From assembly GCF_018977255.1 (NCBI RefSeq), contig NW_024704742.1, positions 64,296,001-64,360,000 of the forward strand: a stretch of 64,000 bases of DNA, written 5' to 3'. The position numbers were made by a program, and so were the translations under genes. The notes under the pieces were generated by a model that was not told the DNA's origin, searched no databases, and worked only from the letters and a program-made list of their open reading frames with translations. The first letter of the stretch is position 1. Each line of letters begins with the position of its first letter. This document shows positions 40,036 through 53,180 of the stretch, one piece after another. Source of the stretch: Callorhinchus milii (taxonomy: Eukaryota).

Positions 40036-41835
40036 GGAGCAGCCGGAGCCCGCTGAACTGAGGGAGCGGGCAGGTTGGTAGGGAGTCAGCAGGTCAGACA
40101 GGTAGGAGGGGGCAAGGCCATGGATAGCCTTAAAGGTGAGGACAAGGATCTTAAACTCGATCCTCTGGGGGATGCGGAGCCAGTGGAGTCGGGCGAGGGT
40201 GGGAGTGATGAGGTCACGGAGCCTGGTGCGTGAGAGTACATGAGCTGCAGAGTTTTGGATGATCTGCAGCTTGAGAAGGGAAGAGTTGGGAAGGCCGATG
40301 AGGAGGGAGTTCCTGTAATCGAGCCTTGATGTGATGAATTCGTGAGGGTTTCAGCCTAAGGGGTGAGACAGTGGCGGAATCTGGCAATGTTGCGGAGGTG
40401 GTGGTAGGCAGTGCTGGTCATGGCGCGGATGTGGGGGAGAAAGGATAGTTCAGGGTCAAACAAGATACCCAGGTTCCTGACTGGCTTAGTGAGGTTGAGT
40501 GTACAGCCGTGGAGGCTGATGCTGCCAGCGCCTGAGGTGCGGAGGTGCTGGCGTGAGCCAATAATAATAATAATAATAATCCTTGCATTTGATATAGCGC
40601 TTTTCACGTCGGGAGGACGTCCCAAAGCGCTTCACAGAACACACTGTAAAGTGAATTAACTATATTTGTGGGCGAACGCGGCAGCCAATTGTGCACAGCA
40701 ATGTCCCACAAACAGTCGTAGATTGAAAATGACCAATTTATTATTGTTTTTTGTTTTGGAGGGATTATTATTAGGCGTGTGGAGTAAGGAAACTTGCCCA
40801 AGGTTTCGCCCTGCCTGGAATTGAATTCCTGTCTCTTGCTTGCAAAGCGAGTGCTCTAACCATTGAGCTACAGGACTCCACAATCAGGAGGGCCTCGCTG
40901 TTGCTGATGTTGAGTTGGAGAAAGTTGGCCCTCGTCCCGGACTTGATGTCAGATAGGCAGTCGGTCAGGACGCCAGTAGTCCTGGAGTTCAGGGTGGAGG
41001 CAAAGAGGTAGAGTTGGGTGTCATCCACAGACATGCGGAAATTTACCCCATGTCTGTGGATGATGTCACCAAGGGGGAGCATGTAGAGGGTGAAGAGGAG
41101 GGGCCCGAGGACAGAGCCCTGAGGAACACCGTACAAGACGGTGCGGGGGCTGGAGGAGAAGCCGTTTGCCGCAACGAAGTGGAGGCGGTGTGAAAGCTAG
41201 GACCTGAAACAGTCAAGGACAGAAACTTGAAGGTTGAGGTGGGAGGAGAGGCGGTGGAGGAGGATTGAGTTGTCCACAGTGTCAAAGGCAGTGGAGAGGT
41301 CGAGGAGGACGAGGAGACAGAGGGAGCCCTGGTCATACATGGTCAGGAGGGATTCGTGGAGGGAGTGAGAGGAAAGAGCGAAGTTGGGAGGCAACGCCTC
41401 TCTTAAGGACCTTGGATAGGAAGGGGAGATTTGAGATGGGCCAGTAGCTGGATAGCTGTGATGGGTCAAGAGAAGGTTTCTTCAAGGTGGTGGTGATAGT
41501 GGCTGTTTTGAGGGGGGAAGGAACAGTGCCAGATGACAGGAAGAGGTTAATGATGTCGGCGAGTAGTGGGGTAAGGAGGCGGAACTGGGATTTAAGGAGA
41601 GCGGTGGGGATGGGGTCCAGGGAGCAGGCGGTGGGCTTCATGGAGGTGACTGTGTTGAAGACAGAGGAGGGGGTGACTGGTTCAAATGTGTGGAAGGAGG
41701 GATGGGTAATTGGCAGATGGGTAATTGTGTGGGGTGGGGTTGGGAGGGGGAGGAAGTTGGGAGGCCAGTGACAGCTGAGCGGATTCCCTCGATTTTGGAC
41801 TCGAGGAAGTCCAGCATTTTCTCGTAGTGAGAGTC
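40036..41835 (-). mobile_element. Longest L2 LINE ORF2 fragment in the window, split by a SINE
   Basis: CSLDPIPTALLK, YWPISNLPFLSKVL, LLDLSTAFDTVD and [13 protein letters not shown] motifs; interrupted at 40561-40879. Confidence 0.93.
40561..40879 (-). mobile_element. Full-length young tRNA-head SINE inserted into L2
   Basis: Complete head to (ATT)n tail; L2 sequence gagccaat/caatcaggag continues on both sides. Confidence 0.93.
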
Positions 41836-43542
41836 AGAGGAAAGAATCTGAGAAAAAACGCATGATCTTAAAGAATGGCGGAACAGGCTCGCGGGACTGA
41901 ATAGCCTACTCCTGTTTCTAAGGTGACCAGGAGAACTGTACACAGTATTCCTGACGTGGCTTGACTATAACCCACTACCACTGAAATTCCACCTAATCTT
42001 AGCCTATAAGACCATTTTAACACAAAATTTAAGAATGGGCAAAATTGTGGAAAATTCTTAAATCCAGCCTTTATTTTGAAGTTAATTTTCTGTGGTCATT
42101 AAAAAAAAATCAGACGAAAACTAAATTTAAGAATTTTCCACAATTCTATGTGGTAATAAATCTTAAGGCCTTACCGGCTAGGCGGGCTTCTGTGCTTTTG
42201 AACTCATCTTATTTAGCCAGGATACCTAGAAAAACAACAACAACACATTACATTTGTAAAACTCCCTTCTCTTTTTGAATAGTGCCATGGGATCTCTAAT
42301 ATCCACCTAAACAGGCAGACCGGACGTTGGTTTAATGTCCAAGCCGAAAGTCGGCACTTCCAACCACGCAGCACTCCCAGAGCACTGTGTTGGAGTGACA
42401 GTCTGGACTAGTTCAAAGTCCCGACATTGGGATTGAACCTTGTGGTTCAGAGGCTAATGTGCTGCCGACTGAGCCAGGTCAACCCCAATTGCCATTTCTG
42501 CCAAAGTTTGAAACTTGAAGGATTCTGAGCTTCAAATTTGAAACATTTCTCAACATTGGAATCATGTTTTGAGGATTGTGACTTCAAGCTGCTGGACACG
42601 GGACTGAGACCAGCAAATACATCTCTGCCGTTGTTCCCATTCGGAGTCTGTATCTGACTGGTCAAGCAATTTGTTCAGTTGTTACAGTCAATCCACTTCA
42701 CAGTATATTCTGTAAATTGCTTTGAGCGTCTCAACAACATGATAAGGCGTTTTATCAAATGCAAGTATTATTGTTATGATAGATTAGGAATTACATCCCC
42801 TGCTTGTTTCCGAGCCTTGGATGATGTAAGTGGATTTTCCACTTCATTACTTGGGATCGTCATCTCGAGAACTCATTCTTCGCCTCTTTTCAGGAGGGAT
42901 TCACTCACCAACCGCGTTTTCCCATCACAGACTGTGTGGTGCAACTGAGAAGAGAGCCTTCTGATCTTCTCTCTTTGTTCCCCCAATTGCCCCCACATTC
43001 GTTCAGCTCCAATGAATTGTTGCCAAAATCTGGTTTCCACAGTTACCTGCTAAAGAATGTCATTACTACGCAAGTTTGCTGTAAGTAGAGTTTGTGTTGC
43101 AAAGTCCACATCAAATTCCCACTTCTGTCTGGGTTCTCAAACATTACATTTTCTTAAAGGCGAATCCTCCTGAGATTCTTTCACTGTCATCGGCAGTCTA
43201 AACAGTTTCAAAGATATTCAGTGAAATAGTCCAATTTCTGCATGATCTTAAATTTTAAGACAATGCTTTTAAGGCTAAGACGATAAGAATGTTCCTGCAG
43301 TAGAAACTCACCAGCTGCAATTCAGTACAGTATACCCGTCACTGGAAGATTAAGTTCTCCCTTGTCCTGACAAGCACTTGTTCTCCGATGTCTGCAGAAG
43401 GTGAGATTCACCAGTTTCAGCCAGTTGGCCCATGAGAATCCAAACCATGGGGTGGATGCTGGGGGTGGGGGGGTTGGAGGAACAGTAGACATGGGAGGAG
43501 GATTGAACCCTTCCCAGCATTACCAGGCAGGAGTAGTCAGTA

Positions 43543-44498
43543 CCAGGCCTCTCTTCCCTCATCCACCTAGGTGGGACCGCACTCGCATGGTTCGAGTCTG
43601 ACTGGGCCAACAGCCTCCACTTCATCTCAGCAAATGGTGTCTCCTCCTTCCCCCTCATGGTTACCCACAGCATAGTCCAGGACTCCATCCTTGGCCCTCT
43701 TCTTTTTCTCATCTATAGGCTCCCTCTTGGCGATGTCATCTACAGACACGGGGTAAACTTCCTCATCTGTGTGGATGACACACAAATCTACTTTGCCTCC
43801 TCCAGTATCGACTCCAGGTCCGCTGATGGTCGATCAGCTTGTCTGGCAGACATCAGGGCCTGGATGAGTGCAAACTTCCTGCAGCTGAATGAGGACAAGA
43901 TACTCCTTGGTTCCCGTCAAGGTCAAGGTCTTCACTCCTGAGGATCTAAACTCCTTAACCTCCCTGGGCTCTCCCTCAGACTCATGGAACTAGTGCTCTA
44001 GGTGTCTGGTTCGGGCCCCATCTGTCCTACCCCACCACATCCGGTCCCTGACCAGGACCACCTTCCTCTACCTCCACCACATAGCCGTCCCCACCCCCCC
44101 CCCCCCGCCCCGACAGTACCTTATCCCAAATGCAGCCAAGACCCTCGTGCATGCATTTGTCACCTCCCACTTGGATTACTCAAACGCACTCCTCGCTGGT
44201 CTCCCCAGCTCCACCATTCACAAGATCCAGCTCATTCAGAACTCTGCAGCCCGCATACTTACCCGGACAAAACTCTGTATCCCCCGTCTCACCAGTTCTG
44301 GCCAGGCTCTCCCTCAATCCCTCCGCCTTGCCCCCTCGCTCCCCTTTTTTAATTCCCGCCCTGAAAACCTTCCTCTTCGACTATGCTTACTGTCACCTTC
44401 CCCTGGCTCGGAGTCTGGCTCCACCACTGTAAAGCGCTCTGACACGCTACTCTGTGTGTAGGGCGCTACATAAGTGCAAGTTGTTGGTGTTGTTGTAG
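43543..44498 (+). mobile_element. L2 LINE RT/C-terminal fragment
   Basis: [14 protein letters not shown]...VDDTQIY and HAFVTSHLDYSNALLAGLP motifs; tail. Confidence 0.9.
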
Positions 44499-45009
44499 TT
44501 ACCACGAATACTGTACCTCACATACACTGTTAAATCCCACAAGAATTTTGCACTGCTCAGAGGCTAATTGCAAGCTTCGCTCCTTCTTTCTCCCTTTCCA
44601 CTAGCTTCATATAGCCACAGCTACTTGATTTAACATGTGTGTGTGCTTCAAGCTTGGTGGTCTATTGCGCCTATGGTCCTTTATCTTGGTTCAGAAGAAT
44701 AAAAGTAGATTACTATTCTCATTGCTCTGGCCAACAGTTTAAACCTGAAAATGTAAAAACACGACTTGCCTGGGAGACGTCAGCCATAAGTAAGATGCTA
44801 TCCTGTCTGAAAGGCACAATATAAATATAAGTTGTTATTGTTGTACATGTTCCTGTGGTGTCTTAGACAAATTCAATTCACCCATTACTATGGCTTCACA
44901 CTTCATTTCGTTTCAGATAAACAACTTATTTGATCTAAGAAATGCCTAAACGTGGTTACATTCTACATCCGAAAACTGAAAAATTAGACAAGAGTTAATA
45001 AAATAACAT

Positions 45010-45015
45010 TTTATT
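45010..45015 (-). terminator. Candidate polyadenylation signal of the uncharacterised - strand gene
   Basis: AATAAA on - (tttatt on +) at the far end of the repeat-free block below the stop codon. Confidence 0.5.
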
Positions 45016-46256
45016 TCAACAAAGGGGACTTGCAGAAAATCACAATCACTTTTAAGATGCCAAGACATTTTTTTGCAAACAAATTCCAAAAGTAAATGAT
45101 TAAACCTGGTTCAATTCACTACACAAAGGAGGCGCAAACATTGCTTCATTTAGGTACAAAGGATAGCTAGCAATTAAATTATTCCACTATCTCTAGATTG
45201 GAATTGGGGAGAAGAGAGAGACTGCTCGGGAGGATGTAAAAGTCCATTGAAACTATTTAGTAGCCGAAGAAGATGATAGAGAAAAGCACATAATTAATTA
45301 TTTTTTTTAACGTCATAGAATTAATAAGAACCTCTTGGGAACTTATGTTGATATACCAATGCCAAACGAATAATCAGCCTTAATTCAGGTCAAAAGGAAG
45401 GTATGAAAAAGTGTACAGTTGTATTCAAATTCTTTAGCATTTTATTTGTTCATAAAAACAGAGGTTTCCTAATACTTAGTCTTTCACCTGTTAATCATCT
45501 ATTGAAATACCTGGTAATAAAATTACTAGTTTACAAGTCATTTTACAGGATTAGCCTCTGAGAGTCAATCTCCACCAATGTTTTCACATCTCATTTCCTT
45601 TCTGATAAATTGTTTCATTGATCTGAGTATGCCTTAAAGTCATGCATTTTCCTTTCTTATATTATCTATGCATGGTTTATTTTTCTTAACAAACTTCACT
45701 TGTAAAACTCTTCTAAGATATAGATTCTTTTACAACAGACGTAGCCCATTTCTGTGGCACAGAATGATCCAACAGTCCAATAGTTTCAATGGCTCAGCCT
45801 TTCTATTATATTCACCGAGTAGTTAATCTTTGGCTACACTTAATGGTTGGAACAACCAGTTCAGCTGGAAAGACAATGTAGCCCTAGAACTATTTGCGTA
45901 ACAGGCAAAAAGTAAAAAACACTTTGGCAAAATTGTTCAACTTCAATAAATATACCTTATAATGTGAGACCAGTGGCAATCTCTGCTATTACACATAATC
46001 AGTGGTATATCAGCCAACATCTCCTGCTTTCCTCAGAAAATGTGGAGGGTAGAACTTTAATTGACCTTGCACTGCTCCGAACAAGGTTAAAACTAAGACG
46101 TGGCAATGTAATTAGTGTTCACATCATGTGAATAAATGCGTAATTCAAGTGGAATAATTTTTTAATGGATTTATAGATTTATTGGTACAGGTTTGTTCAG
46201 AAAGATGTGACAGTCGTGACAAAAGGGCCTGCCTGCCACCTTTCATACCTTGTGTA

Positions 46257-46625
46257 TTACTGATATCGCCTTGTTCTCCAGGGACCCTGGTATGATGGTA
46301 ATTCTGCCGCCACGCTGTTCCAGTACTCCACAGATTTGAGCTGTGAGTTGCTCTTGTAGCGAGGATTATCGGACAACATGTCTTCAATGAAAATGTCCTC
46401 AGGAACTGGCAGGAAAACACAGGAGTTGGGCCCAATCTTGCTGAATTTGGAGGCATTCGGCCGCCTGTGCCTGAAGCTCATGCCCTCCCCCTCTTCGTCG
46501 CTGGCGGAACTCGTGTTCCACTTCTGCTTCGGGGCACGACGGTGGTATTTCCGCCTCGCGGCCACAACNTTTTTTCTGTTCTTAGTCTTCTCGGTCCTCT
46601 TCAAGGATGGTTTGGAGAGGTGCAT
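46257..46625 (-). CDS. Last coding exon (122 aa) of the same uncharacterised gene; Lys/Arg-rich
   Basis: Acceptor gtttgcctttgccag|ATG in phase 0, compatible with the 52209 donor; GC/CpG-richer open frame to TAA; followed by about 1.25 kb of repeat-free UTR-like sequence; one N at 46569. Confidence 0.72.
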   Translation of the reverse strand: MHLSKPSLKRTEKTKNRKXVVAARRKYHRRAPKQKWNTSSASDEEGEGMSFRHRRPNASKFSKIGPNSCVFLPVPEDIFIEDMLSDNPRYKSNSQLKSVEYWNSVAAELPSYQGPWRTRRYQ

Positions 46626-48069
46626 CTGGCAAAGGCAAACAGCTCACGGTCAGTCCTTACAGTGTCAGCCAATCTTATACCACAGGTTACCAAACTGAAC
46701 CTGCCTCACCCACAAAGCATTTTCGATGATGACTCATCGTCAGTTTTCTCTTTTAAACTTCTCCTTTAAACGTGCATTTCAAGACCTTCCTCTTTGGTCA
46801 TCTTCCCCCCCACACCAGCCACCCCAAGGCTCTCACCACCAATTCGGGTACCAAGGCAGGAACATCAAGCACCTTGGACATCCTCCCAAGATGAAATAAA
46901 TTATATACATGTAAATTTGTATTGTATATTGTAGTTATGGACTTGGTTTCAAATGTTAGATTCTAACAAATCTCTGACTGTTAAAAAAAAAGTTTCTTAA
47001 AATTACTCTATTACAAAGCCCTAATGGGTAGAGTGGTCCTAGCTGGACAAGCAGCGGGAAAGCTTGCCGGACAACAATATCAATGGCACGCTATGTGGGT
47101 TTAGCTGGTTAGGCTCAGGGAGAGAGTGCGCATTTCATTCCAATACATGGAAATTTCTAATAGTAGGTGGAATGCATGGAACTTTCCGTTTGGTTTGGCT
47201 ACTCTTAACCATGGTGATGAGTTTCCGAACACCCGGCCAACCTTAAAAAGATTAAAAGTCACAGAGGATCCAGTCAGGCTGGAGCTGATATAACCCGTCT
47301 ACCAGAGCACAACACCAAGCCAGGGGTAGGCGACCATAGGCACGGTCCAAGAGGAAGGTTGTCACGCACAATCTGTTTATGGGGTAGGAAGGAGCAAGGT
47401 GGAGGGATAGAGTAAGAGTGTTCCAGAGTTTGGGGCGTAGTGGCTGAAAGTGCAGTCACCCACTGATAGTGGGACGGAGGGCACGCGGGACAAGCAGGAA
47501 GACATGACACAGCCCCTGAACACAGCAAGTGCTCCTACATCAATATGCTAGTGTATGGAATCACTGTAAATTGTTACAAGGATATAAAGCTTGTTCATTT
47601 CTGGATATAATTTTACAAGCTGTATTACAAACTTAAACCTATTGGGAAACTAAAACAGCCATTAGGCTCCGTCAGGACCTAAATAATGGTCAGATCATTA
47701 TATCTCACCTTGTAATTTCTAGAAATCTATACCATGGCCTTAGGGTTTGTACCGTGGAGTTCATTCCAATATTTATACACTCAGTCGCTGATGTTACTAA
47801 CAATTTAATGAACTCAGCCTTTGAAATTCTAATTGAAAAGTAATTGAAAAGGGTCTTTGAGAGTGTATCATATGTCGGAATCTGGTCTGACCATTGGCAG
47901 ACTGCATTGACTTCCTACAAGCATGTGCTGAGTCAGAGTTTTAATTATGCCCCTGACAAAACTTTCATCGCAAAGCAATCTTTGTTCAATTTCCTCACTG
48001 AGAACTGATTAATTCCTGCTAGTGGAGAAGAACACAACTCTGTAAGTTTTGTTCGTAAAATTTTCAAAC

Positions 48070-48225
48070 CCTGTGGACAAAACTATATCTTCTCAGGCTC
48101 CTCTTCTCTTCTCCCCACCTCTCCCCCATTTGATTTTGTTGTATCTTATTTTCTTCTTCGGTTCCCTCTGTGCATCTCTGCGCCTCAGACACAATGTTCA
48201 AGTTGAGGGAATGGAGTCTGAAAAT
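48070..48225 (-). CDS. Possible middle/cassette exon (52 aa) of the uncharacterised gene
   Basis: attgcag|ATT...AGG|gtttga, open and phase 0-0 (IFRLHSLNLNIVSEAQRCTEGTEEENK...YSFVHR), but both splice sites are weak. Confidence 0.25.
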
Positions 48226-50479
48226 CTGCAATCTGGAGTCTCTCAACAACCTTTCCAGAATTAGATAAACAGGATGTGTCCCTCCAGGGAGAAAGTGTGC
48301 ATTCTATTCCACGCACAGGGAAATTTCCCAATGTTTAGCTAGCATGCATATGTGGAACTCAGTCTAGTTTGGATATACTTAAGAGTGATGATAGACTTCA
48401 TTTTATGTCAGACACCTGGTTAACAGGAATAAATTCGATCCCATCCACGCACATTTGCATCTCAGGTATAACTAATAATAATAATAATAATAATAATAGT
48501 TCAGAATAAGATAGATTTATCATAATAATTATAATTCTTTCATTTGATATAACTCCTTTCACGTCGAGCACTTGCATTTTATATAATTCCTTTCATGTCA
48601 ACGCCCTTCACAGGTTTAATGTATTGTAACTGTATATTGTGTGGATGAACACAGCAGTCAATTTGCACAAACCAATGTCCTAACAATAGCAATGAAGCGA
48701 AAGACAAATTTAATTTTAGTTTATTATAACAAATTTCATAAATTTACAGCCTTTCATATAAAAGTATTTGATTTGGTTTATTGTACTAAACCCTCAGAAT
48801 TTGGTTACTTTTTAGTGTTGAAGTGAAGTGTTGCTTCAAAGCACTGGACAAGGTCCATTAATCTTACCACTGAAAAGGCTTTGAAGAATTTACCCTCTGG
48901 ACCAGCTAAAAGTAACCCACATCTTTGACCACTGCAAAACATCTTTTGGAGCTGCATATTATCTTAAACAGCTTTATGATCATCTTCAGATGTTCCATTG
49001 TAAGTGATCGACTCAAAGATATTGCCTAGCCAGTTCTTAAAAGCTGCTTAGAAGTGAAGAAATGAACTCCCCACATTATTTTTTTTACTCTTTCTCGGGG
49101 TGTGAGCGACACTTGTAAATCAACATCTTTTACCCATTTCTCGTTTCTCCAAGAAGACAGTGACAAAGACTTCTCTTCAAACCACAATAGTTATTTGTGG
49201 TTATAATGCTCCCATGAATGATACATATTGTTTGACATGTCCCTTTTTCCTCTACAAATCTTTTCATATTTCTGGTTCTTGGTCAAAGAGGTTTCACCAA
49301 CCCTTTGTGAAGGGTCACAGCATTTTCAATACAGTTTAATTGAGTTTGTTCCTGATTTAATTTCTACAGATTTCCTATTAATCTTTTTTATGTTGTTCAT
49401 CTGTATTTGACTACTCATTTTTCAAGCAAGTACATGAGCAATCCATTTTCCATTTATGGAGTGTCTATATATATGCCTGGCTGTAGGTAATCTATAATCT
49501 GCCCGTGAGATTGTGTATGTAATATACACATATTGTTATTGGTCAGTTTGCAGCCATACCCTCAGCTTTTGTCATCAGTATTTGTCAATAAATCTTGAAA
49601 AGCACTTTCATTGCTCAACACGAGTGAACGCACAAAGCCAGAGACAGTCCCAGAAAATTGTACATACAAATTTGCCAATAAATAAGCAAGTTTTGAGAGG
49701 ACAGGTTGGCAGAGTTAGCCACAATTTGGCCTGTATCCTCTAAGAGGTGTCTGAATCCAGTCCAAACTGATGGAATGGGTTTCTCCTCTACCTGTAGTTA
49801 GGGCCATAGAAATGTATAGCACAGAAAAAGGCCATTCGGGCCATCGTGTCTGTGGTGGCTCTTCTAAGAGCGATCATTTTTGTAAGGGTTGGAAGGGTTC
49901 CATGTTAAATGAGTTTGGGAAGTTTCGATCCAGCTGCTTACGGCTCTATCATTATAATCATTGAACTATACGGTGCAGAAGGAGGCCATTCCCCACATTG
50001 AGTCTCAGAGCAAGGTGTTTATGAAATCCCACTACCCTGACTCATCCCCACACAGTACAGAATTGTGCTTTGCTACTACTGCATTTCACAACCTTACTCT
50101 CAGATAGCCTTACTGAATGGTTGGTGTGGTTCAAATAAAAAATAAATGTTACATTGGTGAGTTGGGCTGCACTTCTTGGACTGCGATGTAATGGGATAAC
50201 ATTTCAGGAGTTTCATTGTGTGGTAACTATGACAAGGAATGTGTTATGAAATGCTACAAAATGTCTACTTATTCCATGATAATCGCTCATCTCCACTATC
50301 CTGTCAATGAGCTCTGTCTCCGCGCTGTGTCCTTAGGCCCCGCTCTTGAATATTAACTTGACAGCGATCTGTGCTTCAATTCATCTTAATGACGGCAGAT
50401 TTTCAACAGTGGAGTTGAAGAAATTTACTTAATTCATCCAACTGATGAATGAACAGTGGGGTAATCCTGCCACTGTACA

Positions 50480-51000
50480 AATCATTGGTGAGACCATATT
50501 TAGAAGAGTACTGTGTACAGTTCTGGTCACCGTAGTACAAAAAACATATTGGAGAAATCGAGAAGATACAGAGGAGGGCAACTGAAATGATTGAGGGAAT
50601 GGAATGAATGGACTATGAGGAGCAACTAAGTAAATTGCTGTCTTTAAGATTCTAAAGGGGCTGCACAATATAGATCAAGGACAGGCTGTTTCAGCTTGTC
50701 CAGAATAGTAGAACCAGAGGACACGGCTTGTGATTGAAGGGGCGTAAATTCAGAACAAATCTACACAAACACTATTTCAGTGAGCAAATAGTGAACCTGT
50801 GCAACAGGCTCCCTCGGGAGATGGTTGAAGCAGGAAGTGTTGATTCTTTGAAACACAGATTAGATAGTTTTCTTTTAGTAAATAACATTATAGGATACAG
50901 TACATAAGTAGTTCAGGACAGATGCGCATGCCAGGAAGATGGAAGGAGAACTAGATGGACCTCGGTCTTTTTTCATCTAGCATTTCTTATGTTATGTTCT
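50480..51000 (+). mobile_element. CR1-clade LINE 3' fragment (others near 5320-5620, 18585-18770, 27100-27360)
   Basis: EYCVQFWSP-like motif (gagtactgtgtacagttctggtcaccg) and RTRGH-like motif (agaaccagaggacac). Confidence 0.75.
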
Positions 51001-51899
51001 ATTGATCTACAGAATTACTATCGTTGGTGACTGACTCAAGGAGTCATTCTCGACTCAATTTACAAGGCAAGATCATTTTGTCAATATTTCCTGTGGCCAA
51101 TCTTATTTAAAAGTAGTTAATGCGCTTAACAAACTGAAGGGCATATTGTGTAAGTCACTGCACTGGATTAAATCGCTGAGATTCTTGGAAAGTAACGATG
51201 TTAGGGATATGGAGAAAAAGTGGGTAAATGGGATTAAAACATCTAAGAAAGTAGTGCAATGGTCTTTTTTGGCTGAATGGTCTCCTCGTGATTAGACATT
51301 TCTCACCCTTTATAAGTGTAAACCCTCAAAGTTCTTTGTTTTATCGACAAGGGAAATGTTTGGCCCCCAAGTGTCATCGCAGAATGGCCGATGGAACCCA
51401 AGGAAGGCTTAGAAGATCCCAGATCACAGAATGAGCCAATTTTGTCCCTGAACCCAAACTGCATTTATATAGTGTCCCTCACACAGTGAAGTATCTCAGA
51501 GCACATGAAAATGACAGAACCTGGCGCCGAGAGAGAGGAGGTGGCCATCAGCACGGTCGAAAAGAAAGGTCTTCAGACTCGACCTGAAGATGGGGAAGGA
51601 GTGAGGCAAGGCGGAGGGATTGTGGGAGAGTGTTCCAGAGTTTCGGGATGTAGTGGCAGAAAGCATGGCCGCCGGCCGATGATGGAATAAAGCCTGTGAT
51701 GCCTTGCGGTGTGGAGCACAACAATAATAATCCTGCCACGTGATCCAGCGCCTTATCGCATCGACGAGACGTCTCAGAGCGCTTCACAGAGTAGACCGTA
51801 AAGTGAAATGACTGTATATTTTGTGGGCGAAACGCGACAGTCAATTGCGCACAGCAGTGTCCCACAAACAGTGGTGGGTTGGGGGGGGTGGGTTGATTA

Positions 51900-52180
51900 A
51901 CATTATTATTATTATTATTATTAGCTTTGCTTCACGCTTTGCTTCACTGATGATAACAATAATAATCTATTATTATTATTATTAGCTTTGCTTCACTGAT
52001 GATAACAATAATAATCTATTATTATTATTATCTTTGCTTCACTGATAACAATAATAATATATCATTATTATTAGCTTTGCTTCACTGATGATAACAATAA
52101 TAATATATCACTATTATTATTAGCTTTGCTTCACTGATGATAACAATAATAATATCATTATTATTACTACTACTACTACT
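51900..52180. repeat. About 45-bp AT-rich minisatellite, about 6 copies (also 55705-55978)
   Basis: Unit (att)n-agctttgcttcactgatgataacaataataat. Confidence 0.9.
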
Positions 52181-52208
52181 GGAGGGGTGCAATTTGATTG
52201 AACCTTAC

Positions 52209-52433
52209 TTTGCTTTTCCTCTTGGCCAGTTTCAGCACCTGGCCATCAGGGTGGGCGACTTCTGGCTGGCGTGGCCAGGGCTTGCCTTGGGCAACCTGTT
52301 TGCTGAGGCTCCTCCTGCCCTGCTGCAGCTCCTCACACACCGTAGGGGCTGGAGTGGTCCTCTCCTCATCCTCATCCTCATCCAGGGAGAGCCTCCCACA
52401 GCTCTGTGCAGCTCTCTCTGGGAAGTTGTCCAT
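52209..52433 (-). CDS. First coding exon (75 aa) of an uncharacterised gene, copy 1
   Basis: Acceptor ttttgcaacag| (exon starts 52440), ATG in good context (GAAATGG), phase-0 donor AAA|gtaagg; MDNFPERAAQSCGRLSLDEDEDEERTT...PDGQVLKLAKRKSK. Confidence 0.7.
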
Positions 52434-53043
52434 TTCACATCTGTTGCAAAAACCACCACTTACTTTTTTTTCCCCCCCACCCCTCCACCCCCACCCCTCC
52501 ACCCTTTTTTGTTTTGAATGTTCTTGTTATTTTTTTTATTTCCAGCTCTTCTGATATTTTCCAGATATTTACAGGAATGAAGGCAACAGAAATGGTATAT
52601 TTCTGTCTCTCTCGAATTCCCTTTTTTTGGGGCTAAAAGGTAAAATTACATGTTTGTGTTCAGCTGATGGCTCCTAATTATTATTATTATTTGTTTTGCT
52701 TTCCTTTTCGCTTTTTAAACGAACGTACACCCCCCCCCCCCCCAAAAAAAAAAATGAAATGGTATATATAGTTCTGTCTTGCCCCCCCCAAAAAAAACTT
52801 CTTTTTTTAAGGTAAAATAAATGGGTGGAGGGTTTTTTTTTTCAGCTGATCTCTAATTTTTCGTTTCTTTTTTTTCTTTTTAATTATATTAATCGGACAA
52901 CAACAACAAAAAAGGAAAAAAAAAGATGATGAAAGGGTATATTTTTTTCTTGCCCTCCCCTCCCCTCCCCCCTCCCCCCTCCCACCCGAATCACTTGGGT
53001 TTTAAGATTAAAATAAACTCCTGGTACTGAGAGCTGAAGTTAC

Positions 53044-53180
53044 CTGGGCTGGAACTTGTGTGTGAGTGAGTGGGTGAGTGGCTCAAGTTTTACAGAGAGA
53101 TGGGCTCTGCTGTGCAATGTGTCTGTGCACTTCGCACTGTGAGACCAAAGCTCTCACTCACATTCTCAATTCGGGCAAAA
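53044..53180 (-). other. Putative 5'UTR exon of the uncharacterised gene, copy 1 (5' end uncertain)
   Basis: Consensus donor CAG|gtaact on - strand at 53044/53043, upstream of the acceptor at 52441. Confidence 0.45.
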
